A DNA stretch of 64,000 nt from IMG/VR virus record IMGVR_UViG_3300023094_000009, positions 64,001 through 128,000 of that record; one strand, given 5' to 3'. The notes beneath the pieces are model-generated. The model made no database searches. It saw only the letters and a program-made list of their open reading frames with translations, and was not told the origin of the DNA. Each line of letters starts with the position of its first letter. Positions within the stretch are counted from its first letter, which is position 1. A program made the position numbers and the translations under genes. Origin of the DNA: a virus. Below, in pieces: positions 27,831 through 36,415 of the stretch.

Positions 27831-28057
27831 TTAAACAAATCTTTAAGCTCTACGTCCAGCGCTTTTGATATTTTGATAAGAGTCTTTACTGTTGGATTCT
27901 GTTTTCCGCGTTCAATCTCACCTAACTTGGATAATGGTACACCAGAATCAATGGATAAGTCAAGTTGCCTCATATCTTTTTCCATACGAAGAAACTTAAT
28001 CTTGTTCCCAAGATCTAACAAGTAGTGGTCATCATTCATTTGGGTACAATAAAGCAT
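27827..28057 (-). CDS. XRE-family HTH transcriptional regulator
   Basis: LGNKIKFLR...IERGKQNPTVKTLIKISKAL. Confidence 0.9.
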   Translation of the reverse strand: MLYCTQMNDDHYLLDLGNKIKFLRMEKDMRQLDLSIDSGVPLSKLGEIERGKQNPTVKTLIKISKALDVELKDLFN

Positions 28058-28077
28058 ATTTAGTTGAAAGACAACAA

Positions 28078-28172
28078 CCCTTATAAGGAATATAGGCTAA
28101 TTTATATCCATTATTTTTAACACATAAAATAGTAATTTGTTTTATTTTTAACTATTAACACCCTTATAAGGG
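28078..28172. promoter_or_regulatory. paired palindromic operators CCCTTATAAGG(A/G)
   Basis: 28078-28089 and 28161-28172, between divergent XRE and lipoprotein genes; TAACTTTG at 28182-28189. Confidence 0.7.
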
Positions 28173-28235
28173 ATATTTGTCTAACTTTGTATAGGTTTGA
28201 CATACTTCAGTGTTAGGCTTTTATTGCCACTTATT

Positions 28236-28475
28236 ATGAAAAAGCTACTTATTATCACTTCAGTTTCTTTATTAATCCTCTCTTCCTGCAACAAGGACTA
28301 CAATTGTGTCTGCTCGCTTTATAACGAACAAGGGCAAACCGTAGCAACTGAAGAATACAATTCAACTCAGTACAAGAAAAAGGATAAAGACGAGGCAGAG
28401 AAGAGTTGCAAGGATCGCGATGTTGCGCCTAATGGGGCGTTCGGTGAAATGGGTCGTAAATGTGAGCTGAGATGA
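28236..28475 (+). CDS. small Bacteroidota lipoprotein
   Basis: MKKLLIITSVSLLILSS-C lipobox, then CNKDYNCVC. Confidence 0.8.
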   Translation: MKKLLIITSVSLLILSSCNKDYNCVCSLYNEQGQTVATEEYNSTQYKKKDKDEAEKSCKDRDVAPNGAFGEMGRKCELR

Positions 28476-29044
28476 CATCTACAAAAACTATCAGAAATGA
28501 TTTTACAAACGAGGAAAAACTTGCTTGTCTTACAGTACTTCACCTACTGATTGAATCAAGTGAGCCTCGATTTAAAAATACAAGAAAAGGTGTGCTTATT
28601 CATAATGCCAAACTATTTGGTGTGTATGACTTTATGTTAGAAGAATACATAGAAAATGTGACTTCAGAATCCTTGAAGAAAGACTTATCATTAAGCAACA
28701 CAAAAGTGGAGTATCTTATAGCTATGACTTATGAGATGCTAAACTCAGCAGGGTTTACCAAAAACGATATAGTGAACGCAGAAAATCTATTCCTTAGAGC
28801 TGTAGGTGTAACTCCTGATGAACTTCATGCATCTTTAGAAAGAGTTAGAATTTTTACTAAAAAGTTTAACGAAAGGACTCATGCAAGTCAAGTACATCCT
28901 TCAAACAATGCTGTAAGTCGTACTTATCAAAGAATGGCAATTCAAGCTCAAGATCCTAATCAAAATAGCTTTTCTTTGAACAACATTGTATTCATTATTT
29001 TCACCGCTTTAGCTATTTTGGGTCTTGTAAGTCTGTGTAGCTAA
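28472..29044 (+). CDS. helical (possibly TerB-like) protein with C-terminal TM
   Basis: FTNEEKLA.L..L..LI pattern; hydrophobic C-tail. Confidence 0.5.
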   Translation: MTSTKTIRNDFTNEEKLACLTVLHLLIESSEPRFKNTRKGVLIHNAKLFGVYDFMLEEYIENVTSESLKKDLSLSNTKVEYLIAMTYEMLNSAGFTKNDIVNAENLFLRAVGVTPDELHASLERVRIFTKKFNERTHASQVHPSNNAVSRTYQRMAIQAQDPNQNSFSLNNIVFIIFTALAILGLVSLCS

Positions 29045-29081
29045 AAGCTTATTTTTGTGATAACTCTAAATAATAATCGCT

Positions 29082-29396
29082 ATGAAAGAAGAAAATTTGA
29101 AAACACTCAATGAAAAATACAACACTATTTTAAACGATTTTAAAACCTTCGCTGAAAATTATGAAGGTAAAAATCTTAGTGAAGATTTCCAATCTGAGTT
29201 TAAGGAGCGGTACGACGATATTAGTTCTAGTTTTTCAGATATTATACGCAGACAAGTTAAAGTATCAAAAGAGGAGGGTGTTCATGTTATAGAAAACCTT
29301 CCAATCTTAAAAAACATACACAGATTAAATAACATTCTTATGATGACATACGAAGCTTATTTAAAGGTCGCCTTCCATGAGAAGGCTGTAAACTAA
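29082..29396 (+). CDS. hypothetical passenger protein
   Basis: 104-aa ORF. Confidence 0.55.
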   Translation: MKEENLKTLNEKYNTILNDFKTFAENYEGKNLSEDFQSEFKERYDDISSSFSDIIRRQVKVSKEEGVHVIENLPILKNIHRLNNILMMTYEAYLKVAFHEKAVN

Positions 29397-29588
29397 CTTA
29401 GGTGTCATAAAAACTCTCATAGGACTGTCTGATTCAATAAGCATCCTGTTCAAGCTAAATACCATATCTTGAATGCGTGTGTGCATCAAGGTTTCTGGTG
29501 AATGTTTTGATTGTTGTTTTTTGATAAACTCTAAATGTTCTTCTGATTCGATTCCAACTGTGAATCTTTCAATATATTTTTCTTCCAT
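29361..29588 (-). CDS. hypothetical passenger protein
   Basis: 75 aa from ATG 29588. Confidence 0.45.
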   Translation of the reverse strand: MEEKYIERFTVGIESEEHLEFIKKQQSKHSPETLMHTRIQDMVFSLNRMLIESDSPMRVFMTPKLVYSLLMEGDL

Positions 29589-29683
29589 TTTTCGGCGAAA
29601 TTCCGGCAAAAAACTGAAAAAACAACTTACGCGGTGCTTTTTAGTATATTAGTGCCAAAGGGTTAATATAAATTTTGTTGATG

Positions 29684-29705
29684 CAAAGATATGTATTTAT
29701 CTTTG
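29684..29705. promoter_or_regulatory. back-to-back TATCTTTG -7 elements
   Basis: CAAAGATA-N6-TATCTTTG perfect inverted repeat. Confidence 0.55.
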
Positions 29706-29733
29706 ATGTGGTTGTTAATGAAATGTTATTTGT

Positions 29734-32601
29734 TTACTCTACTATAAATAAATTTTCCAAATACTTAGAAAATAATTCTTCTTTAATTTGCTTCGACTTT
29801 CCGTATATTTCAGGAACGTCCCCACTGACGGATAGAATCTCTTTACCTGTATCACCAATAGAAATTTCTTGTCCTTGGCTGTTTTTCATTACATAATGGT
29901 AAGTTTCACTACCTTCGATAGGCTTTACGTAAAACTTAGTATTACCGTCATAGAAGTTGTAAACGAGTGTATTGAGTTGTTGTAAGGCTTGTGGATTATT
30001 TGATGCTTGTCTCTGTGCCTCTTGAATATTATTAGTCAACAATGCGCTTGGCTTAGAATTCCTGCTGTCGCCTTTTGGGTAATTGGTGTACCCACTGGCA
30101 CCCAACTCAATACTACCTGCCCTCTCTTTAAGAGTTGTGTTATATGGAGAGTTGTAATAGTCTGCTGCATTTATACCTAATTCCTTTGAAGTAAACATCA
30201 ATGGAGTTGTACCATCTTTCATTGTAACTTTTTGCTTAACAGTCTTTTTTTCTTGACCTGTTCCAGTGGTTACATCTGTCCACAAAGTCCAATTATCCGT
30301 AACTCTCCCATCTTTTATTTCTGGATATAATTGAGGGATTCCTTTCGTATCAATTGCGTATTTGGTGGATATTAGTTTTTCTGTCTTAGATCCTGGTTGT
30401 ATGTTTAGCGGTGTGTAACTTAATTCTACCGATTTATTAGCCATAGCCACAGAGGTCAGTCTGTTTACTGCTGACAATCTGGTATTTAGTGTACCTCCTA
30501 CATCACCCCATCCATCAGTCCACCCCAGACCTGATAGTTCTGTGTCTTGCGTGAATAGTGTTCCATACTCAGGATTATCACCATTATCTCCTATCATATC
30601 TCCTCCGTACCCGTTCAAGCCAGATTCTTCTTTGGGAGGTAAGTATCTGCTTACAGCTGGCATTGTATTTACAGCTTTAACTCCTAATTTTTTTACAACC
30701 TCCTCCTGTAAAGAAGCATACATCTGTTGCTTTTGCCATGTCCCCGCTTTTACACCTTTATCTGATATAATACCTTTGGTTGTATAAGTTTTCAAGGTCA
30801 TTTCCTCTTCAGGAGTTAATTTCAATCCTTTGGTGGATTTGTACATGAGAAGTTTGTAATTGGATGTTTTTGCGCCTGGCATTATTCCATCCTTATATAT
30901 GTAATTTCCATTAGAGGATTTTTCAAAATAGAAATTCTCTTTGGTAAAGTTCAATCTTCTTTGCTGATCCCCACTTTCACTATAATGCTTAACTAAATCA
31001 GCTGTTGTTGCATCTATCAGTTTAGTATATTCCTCCCTTGCCTTTCTTGTAGGGGCAGAACCATCTATCATTGTTTTTTTGAAGTTATCCAATGCAGTAT
31101 AGACCTGTGCCCTATTCTGGTCATTTATGGTTATTTTTTTACCTGCAATTTCTATTTCTTGCAGAGTTCCAATATCTACATTTGTAAGATCCTGTACTAA
31201 TTTCGCGGTGTTACCTTTACCCATAATGCCTCCAACCAAGTCATTCACGCCTTTGACAGCTTCTCTTTGAAATTCTGCCTCTCGTTGAGTTTGACTGTAT
31301 TCCCCCCTTTCTTCACTTCCTATCACTTCAGAGGCTCCATATTGTATGTCACCTAAGTTTACTCCTGTGGCATTAGGATCAGCAAGAGTTCCGTCTTGCA
31401 TTGCTTTTATCATATTAAGCTCTAGTTGTTGAGATCGTATCAACAATCCTTCTCTGCCCTGTTGCTCCATTTCTTGGGCATGTCTGACACTCTCTTCATA
31501 CTTTCGTATATTGAGTTTTACATCTTCAACCTTAGTTTCCGTTATTCGGGGAGGTTGATAATTCAATGAAGTGAGATTTTCAAATTCTACTTCCCTGTTA
31601 AATGTTTTGTATACATTTTGATATTTGACTGGATCTACAAATCCATTTTGGTCTATTACTTCACTGTCAAAGTTCCTTGTCTTGTTATTTTCAAGGGTCT
31701 GTGTCAATTCAGCTATTCTGCTCTGTACTTCTTGCTTGTCCCTTCCTTCAGGTAGTTTTCTCAACTCGCCTTCTAAAATATCTTTTTCCTGAGAAAGGCT
31801 TTTATTCAGATTATCATAGAGGCTGTTATAGTTATTTCGTAGGTTATCTACCACCATAGGATTGCTTTCATCGCCATACTTAGCCCAAGCATTTATATCC
31901 ATTTGTCTTACCCCATCTTCTCCTATCTGAGCTAAAACAGCTTGTTTTAATCGGTTTTTATCTGTTGTTCCTTCATAGGTGTTTACATAGTCGAAATAAT
32001 AACCTCCATCTGCTCTTTGTACATATTTTGCATTGATACCTAAATTCTTCAAAGATTCTTGGAAGCTTTTATCCATCAATTTCTTAGGGTTATCAGAATA
32101 GGCAATAAAACCACCTCCGCCATTATATACAGCATTGGGATCTGTTGAATTCATGTAATCGTTCCATCCCTGTGAGGCATAAGCAAAGTTGACATCACTG
32201 TAACTTCCATCATTCTTTTTTCTTGCTTCCTGCCATTGAGGGACTTCCCCTTTATTTCTTAAAGCGGTTGATGCTACACCATTATAAACCCTTTCATCAA
32301 TACTTTCTTTCAGTTTTGACGTGAGTTGGTTCATGAGGGCTGGGTTTGATATGTCTCCTCCAGCAAATTGGTTTACGATATTGACAGTTTGTTGTAGCCT
32401 TTCTTGGAAGTATTGTTTATCTATTGGTCTGGCAACTTCAATATCCAAGGCTAATTCTTCTTGCAAAGAAAGGAGTTTTTCTCTATTTTCATTAACCTGT
32501 CCCTGCATTGAAGCCATCCCAAGCCTTAAAAGCTCCTTGTTACCAAAATGGAATAGCGGAATGCCACTGTAATTATTTAATGTTGAAACACTACTTGCCA
32601 T
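29734..32601 (-). CDS. virion cargo/ejection protein (955 aa)
   Basis: Synteny; Cys-free, helical N-terminal half. Confidence 0.7.
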   Translation of the reverse strand: MASSVSTLNNYSGIPLFHFGNKELLRLGMASMQGQVNENREKLLSLQEELALDIEVARPIDKQYFQERLQQTVNIVNQFAGGDISNPALMNQLTSKLKESIDERVYNGVASTALRNKGEVPQWQEARKKNDGSYSDVNFAYASQGWNDYMNSTDPNAVYNGGGGFIAYSDNPKKLMDKSFQESLKNLGINAKYVQRADGGYYFDYVNTYEGTTDKNRLKQAVLAQIGEDGVRQMDINAWAKYGDESNPMVVDNLRNNYNSLYDNLNKSLSQEKDILEGELRKLPEGRDKQEVQSRIAELTQTLENNKTRNFDSEVIDQNGFVDPVKYQNVYKTFNREVEFENLTSLNYQPPRITETKVEDVKLNIRKYEESVRHAQEMEQQGREGLLIRSQQLELNMIKAMQDGTLADPNATGVNLGDIQYGASEVIGSEERGEYSQTQREAEFQREAVKGVNDLVGGIMGKGNTAKLVQDLTNVDIGTLQEIEIAGKKITINDQNRAQVYTALDNFKKTMIDGSAPTRKAREEYTKLIDATTADLVKHYSESGDQQRRLNFTKENFYFEKSSNGNYIYKDGIMPGAKTSNYKLLMYKSTKGLKLTPEEEMTLKTYTTKGIISDKGVKAGTWQKQQMYASLQEEVVKKLGVKAVNTMPAVSRYLPPKEESGLNGYGGDMIGDNGDNPEYGTLFTQDTELSGLGWTDGWGDVGGTLNTRLSAVNRLTSVAMANKSVELSYTPLNIQPGSKTEKLISTKYAIDTKGIPQLYPEIKDGRVTDNWTLWTDVTTGTGQEKKTVKQKVTMKDGTTPLMFTSKELGINAADYYNSPYNTTLKERAGSIELGASGYTNYPKGDSRNSKPSALLTNNIQEAQRQASNNPQALQQLNTLVYNFYDGNTKFYVKPIEGSETYHYVMKNSQGQEISIGDTGKEILSVSGDVPEIYGKSKQIKEELFSKYLENLFIVE

Positions 32602-32677
32602 AGTTTGTTTTTGTAAGAGGTAAAATTAAGGTTTTCTAACTTTCTGTGCAAGAATATGTGTCAGTGGGTAATAAAAC

Positions 32678-32705
32678 AAAAAAGCCCCCGTTTTATTGGA
32701 GGCTT
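32678..32705 (-). terminator. intrinsic terminator
   Basis: AAGCCTCC...GGGGGCTT followed by T-run on the minus strand. Confidence 0.7.
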
Positions 32706-32710
32706 GTGGG

Positions 32711-34849
32711 TTATTGTTGACGTAAAACTCTTTCTGCGTAAGGGTTCACATTCCCTAGTTGAAACTGGTATTGAGGATCATAGTAGCTTCCTACCCCAAA
32801 CATATCCAAAGAAACATCTGGATAGAGTGCATCAAGCCTGTTCATATCCATCACTTCCTGATAGTTATTAAGATTGATTGCCCTATTAGCCATGAAGTAG
32901 TTATTTATGTCTTGTTGTGTATTACTTAGTCCCCTCAAAGCTCTTGCTTCATAGTTTAACCTGCTTTGAGTGTTGAATTGTTTTTCACTTGTATCCTGCC
33001 CGATATTGAATAATTCTGCGCTTGCAAAGTTTTGAGCATTCAATTGTGTAGCTTGTGTTATTGCATTTGATTCTGCTTGCTGAGAAGAAGCTACAACGTT
33101 GGCTAGAGTGGATGCTCTTTGAGAGGAAGGGAGAGAAGCTAGTTGTTGGGCTGCGAAATTTCTTTCCCTAGCTATATTCTGCAACTGAGGCTCAATTCCC
33201 ACCCTTACAGGATCAATTCTTTGCAGATCAATTGTAGCCAGACTTTCAGGTGACAATGCACTTGGAGGCGGTATCGAATCATCCGGCATGAAAAATCCTC
33301 GGGGTATTCTTGGTGCTGGTGTCCTTGCACCTGTAATATCATTTATAATTGGGTTTCCTTGTACATCTACCTGTGTTGACACAACTGGTTCCTCTAGTTT
33401 TACCTGTGCTTGTAGCTGGTACTGCGCTATTGAGAAATCTGCCTCTGGCGGGAGGTTGGTGGAAAAGTCCTGAATCCTTGTCTGCGTCTCAGGAGAAAGT
33501 GTTTGAAGCACTTCTGGTCTTAATTGCTTGAGTGTTGTGATTCCTAGTTCTTTCAGTTTTTTAAGTTCCTCCGGTTTTACAAGGTTTACTCCAATAGAAT
33601 AACGTCCTGAAGTAAAATCTCCAAGTTTCTGGTCGTAAGTACGGATACCTTTGTCAACTGTTGCATCCTGCGTAAAGGTTTCCTTTTGCAGATATCCTTG
33701 TGCCCTTTGCTTGTCCTGTGCTGAAAATCTTCCTGTCTGGTCTTCTGCAATCACTTTGGCACTTGTCTGCATCTGGTTGTTCATGTCCTTCTGCAAGTCT
33801 CCAATCAACTGGTTCTGCTTATTGAGATTAATTCCCTTTTTCAAGCTTGGTTGTCCATTTTCTGAAAACTCTACCAAACCTTTATATTCTGGTTTTTGAA
33901 GAATTGTAGGAAAGTTTGAATAAAGATACTGGATAGCCTGATTTGCTTCTACAATCCCATAGGCAGATGTATTTGCGCTCTGCTTATTTCGTGTGTTGTC
34001 AGCATAAGCGTTATCATTGTAGAAGGTTGTATAAGGAACTGTACCTCCACCCTGATACTTCTTGATCAATCCTTTTCCTACCAAATGATCATAAGTCTTT
34101 CTTGGAGTCCATCCATATTTTGACGACAAATCATTTATTGTCTTCACTGTTCCTCCCAATTCAAATATTTCAGGTTGTGTAAGCTCATCTGGGTTTTGTT
34201 CAATGCTTACAGCTTCCTGTATAGTAGCATCTTCCGGTTGGTCTAAAAGTTCTTCTGGTACTTGATTTGGTTCAGCTACGTATTCTGTATCGATTGGTTT
34301 TCCTTTTTTAGCTTTTTCCTGCGAAGCAAACATTTCTGAAAACATTCCCTGCATAGCCTGATCCTTAACCTGCTTTTGCTTGGATAATTCGTCTATCTGC
34401 TTTGTTATGTAAGAAGTATTTAGCTTGTAAGTTGCTTCGTCAATCTTAGGATTATCTATTTGTTTCTTCAATGAACTGAATGAATCTTCAAGTTCTGTGA
34501 GGATTTTTGAGAGTCCGATCTTACGGGCATACTTGTCCATTACATCAGCGTAAGTATCTGTTGTTTTTACATTGGAGAGGTTGTAGTCTTCTTTCAGTTT
34601 TTTTACGTCCGATTTTTTTATTGTCGCGTTTTTAGTGTCTGAAAGGATGGAAGTCATTCCCGGCAAGATAAGATTCACTCCACCTCTTTTATGCTTCTCA
34701 CCTAAAACTTGCAATACGCTCCCATCAGGTGTCATGACATATTCCCCACCTTCTGCATTTACATTTGGCTGGATTCCAACTCTAGGATCTAACTCTGAAA
34801 TAAATCCTTCTGTCAGTAATTTTTCTAATTGAGGTTTCTTTCTTTCCAT
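32711..34849 (-). CDS. crAss-like cargo protein (712 aa)
   Basis: NAEGGEY...G..H..GGV motif; FELGG/YQGGG motifs; Gln/Asn-rich C-terminus. Confidence 0.7.
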   Translation of the reverse strand: MERKKPQLEKLLTEGFISELDPRVGIQPNVNAEGGEYVMTPDGSVLQVLGEKHKRGGVNLILPGMTSILSDTKNATIKKSDVKKLKEDYNLSNVKTTDTYADVMDKYARKIGLSKILTELEDSFSSLKKQIDNPKIDEATYKLNTSYITKQIDELSKQKQVKDQAMQGMFSEMFASQEKAKKGKPIDTEYVAEPNQVPEELLDQPEDATIQEAVSIEQNPDELTQPEIFELGGTVKTINDLSSKYGWTPRKTYDHLVGKGLIKKYQGGGTVPYTTFYNDNAYADNTRNKQSANTSAYGIVEANQAIQYLYSNFPTILQKPEYKGLVEFSENGQPSLKKGINLNKQNQLIGDLQKDMNNQMQTSAKVIAEDQTGRFSAQDKQRAQGYLQKETFTQDATVDKGIRTYDQKLGDFTSGRYSIGVNLVKPEELKKLKELGITTLKQLRPEVLQTLSPETQTRIQDFSTNLPPEADFSIAQYQLQAQVKLEEPVVSTQVDVQGNPIINDITGARTPAPRIPRGFFMPDDSIPPPSALSPESLATIDLQRIDPVRVGIEPQLQNIARERNFAAQQLASLPSSQRASTLANVVASSQQAESNAITQATQLNAQNFASAELFNIGQDTSEKQFNTQSRLNYEARALRGLSNTQQDINNYFMANRAINLNNYQEVMDMNRLDALYPDVSLDMFGVGSYYDPQYQFQLGNVNPYAERVLRQQ

Positions 34850-35556
34850 TACATTGTTCCCCCTAAGTAGTTCGTATTCATGTATTGCATTTGAGGGGTA
34901 TAAAGTCTCAAAGCCATTTGTCTTCTTGCTTCTTCTGTTGCCCTTCCTGTTTGTTTTGCGTTTGCAAGTCCTGACAAGAAAGTCCTTCCTGCTCCAAGTC
35001 CAAGAGCTGTTGCTGAGGAAGCAACTCCAAGCCCTCTCCCTGTTGTTCCTCTTGGTGTCCCTATGAAGTTACCCAAACTGTACAAATCTGTTTGCAGGTT
35101 GCTTCCATAAGGGTTAAAGAAAGGCATCATTTGCCCGAAGAGGTTATTTTGTTCTGTGGATTGTTGTTCCCACGAATTCGGTGCAAGTGTAGTGTTTTCA
35201 GCTGTTGTTGGAGTATAAGTTTGATTCCATACATCCTGTACAGATCTGGGTTGAAGCCTCATTTCTTCTTCCATGGCAACAGGGGGAGTGTAAGTTGTCG
35301 CATAAGCGGGGTCTTGACTCATTCCTGTATTATTTGGGAGTGCCATTTCACTTGTGATGCCTGTTACACTCTGCGGAGCATTCATGTTTATCTGAGGCTG
35401 ATTTGTAGCCATTGTAGGATTGTACATCACAGGGGGAGTGTACATGGGATTGTAGGGGACTTGTTGTGTCATTGCTTGTCTACGTTGATTGTAGACTGCT
35501 TCCGAGATAAATCCCTGATCGTATTGTTCCTGTAAAAGTCTTAGTTGTTCTTCCAT
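34849..35556 (-). CDS. low-complexity putative cargo protein (235 aa)
   Basis: Q/P/M/T-rich with a Gly/Ala-rich helix; coupled to neighbours. Confidence 0.6.
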   Translation of the reverse strand: MEEQLRLLQEQYDQGFISEAVYNQRRQAMTQQVPYNPMYTPPVMYNPTMATNQPQINMNAPQSVTGITSEMALPNNTGMSQDPAYATTYTPPVAMEEEMRLQPRSVQDVWNQTYTPTTAENTTLAPNSWEQQSTEQNNLFGQMMPFFNPYGSNLQTDLYSLGNFIGTPRGTTGRGLGVASSATALGLGAGRTFLSGLANAKQTGRATEEARRQMALRLYTPQMQYMNTNYLGGTM

Positions 35557-35557
35557 T

Positions 35558-36415
35558 TTATTCTTGTTTTAATTCTTGAAAAATACTTGGCATTTGAGGA
35601 AGGGAGGTTTGTACATTTATTTCCCCGATCTGTGGAATATTTTCTCCATTGTTTTGTTGTCCTTTTGCGTATTGTGCTAAATATTGATTCTCTTCTTCTG
35701 AAGCCTGAAATACTTTTGCAAACTCCTGCTCTATTTGTTTTTCCCTTGTTTTCTCTGCTTGCGCTTCTTTCAGTTCGTTTCTTGCCTCGCTTTTCTCTTC
35801 TTTCTCCGCCCCGATAATTGATTTCTCTAATTCCTTAGTTGAAAATTCTTGTAGTGGCAGAATATTTGCCATGTCATAAGATTGTTCAACCTCTAAACCA
35901 TGAGTATGTCCATCTCCTTCAAAATGCCCCATATCTTTCATATCCTGCGTTATGGGTTGACCTGTTTCAATCAATTGTTTGTAGGAATAAACAGGAGCGA
36001 TGTTATCAATGTTAGCATACCTTTCCTTTACTTTCTTTGAATACCTTGAATCGGTTCCTACATGGAAATGAGCACCTGTTGCACCTGTTTTCTCCATGAT
36101 TGCAGGATCTGTTTCATCTATTATACCCAAATTATACTTTACTAGAAGTCCTAACCCTTCTGGTGTATTCATGAGGTAGGCATAGTCTTCTGTATGTGTG
36201 GCTGAAATGTCAAATGCCTCACCTTTTACATGCTTCGATTTGCTTCCTGCATTCCCCGCTCTTCCTGCTGGTCTTCTGCCACTTGTAAGGGTCAGGGTTT
36301 TTCCTGTTATATCCGTATATTCCTGCAAAAAACCTTGAACATTGGGAGCCAGTGCATTGTAATATTGCTTGTAAATTATTGAAGCATCCTTGACTCGTGT
36401 TTTTTCATTAGGCAT
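35558..36415 (-). CDS. peptidase M15-like (DD-peptidase/Hedgehog fold) putative virion-associated lysin
   Basis: LTSGRR, SKHVKGEAFD (SxHxxGxAxD), HFHV. Confidence 0.8.
   Translation of the reverse strand: MPNEKTRVKDASIIYKQYYNALAPNVQGFLQEYTDITGKTLTLTSGRRPAGRAGNAGSKSKHVKGEAFDISATHTEDYAYLMNTPEGLGLLVKYNLGIIDETDPAIMEKTGATGAHFHVGTDSRYSKKVKERYANIDNIAPVYSYKQLIETGQPITQDMKDMGHFEGDGHTHGLEVEQSYDMANILPLQEFSTKELEKSIIGAEKEEKSEARNELKEAQAEKTREKQIEQEFAKVFQASEEENQYLAQYAKGQQNNGENIPQIGEINVQTSLPQMPSIFQELKQE

Larger units (their letters stand above)
23799..29662. mobile_element. IS1595-family cargo transposon bounded by 30-bp imperfect terminal inverted repeats
   Basis: CCCTTTGGCATTAAATCACTAAAATGTACC (23799-23828) vs GGTGCTTTTTAGTATATTAGTGCCAAAGGG (29633-29662), 24/30 complementary. 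Encloses an IS1595 transposase and host-like genes on both strands. No TSD seen. Confidence 0.75.

Noticed and set aside
23791-29670. 8-bp target-site duplication for the IS1595 element
   Set aside because: Flanks GTTATTTT and TTAATATA do not match
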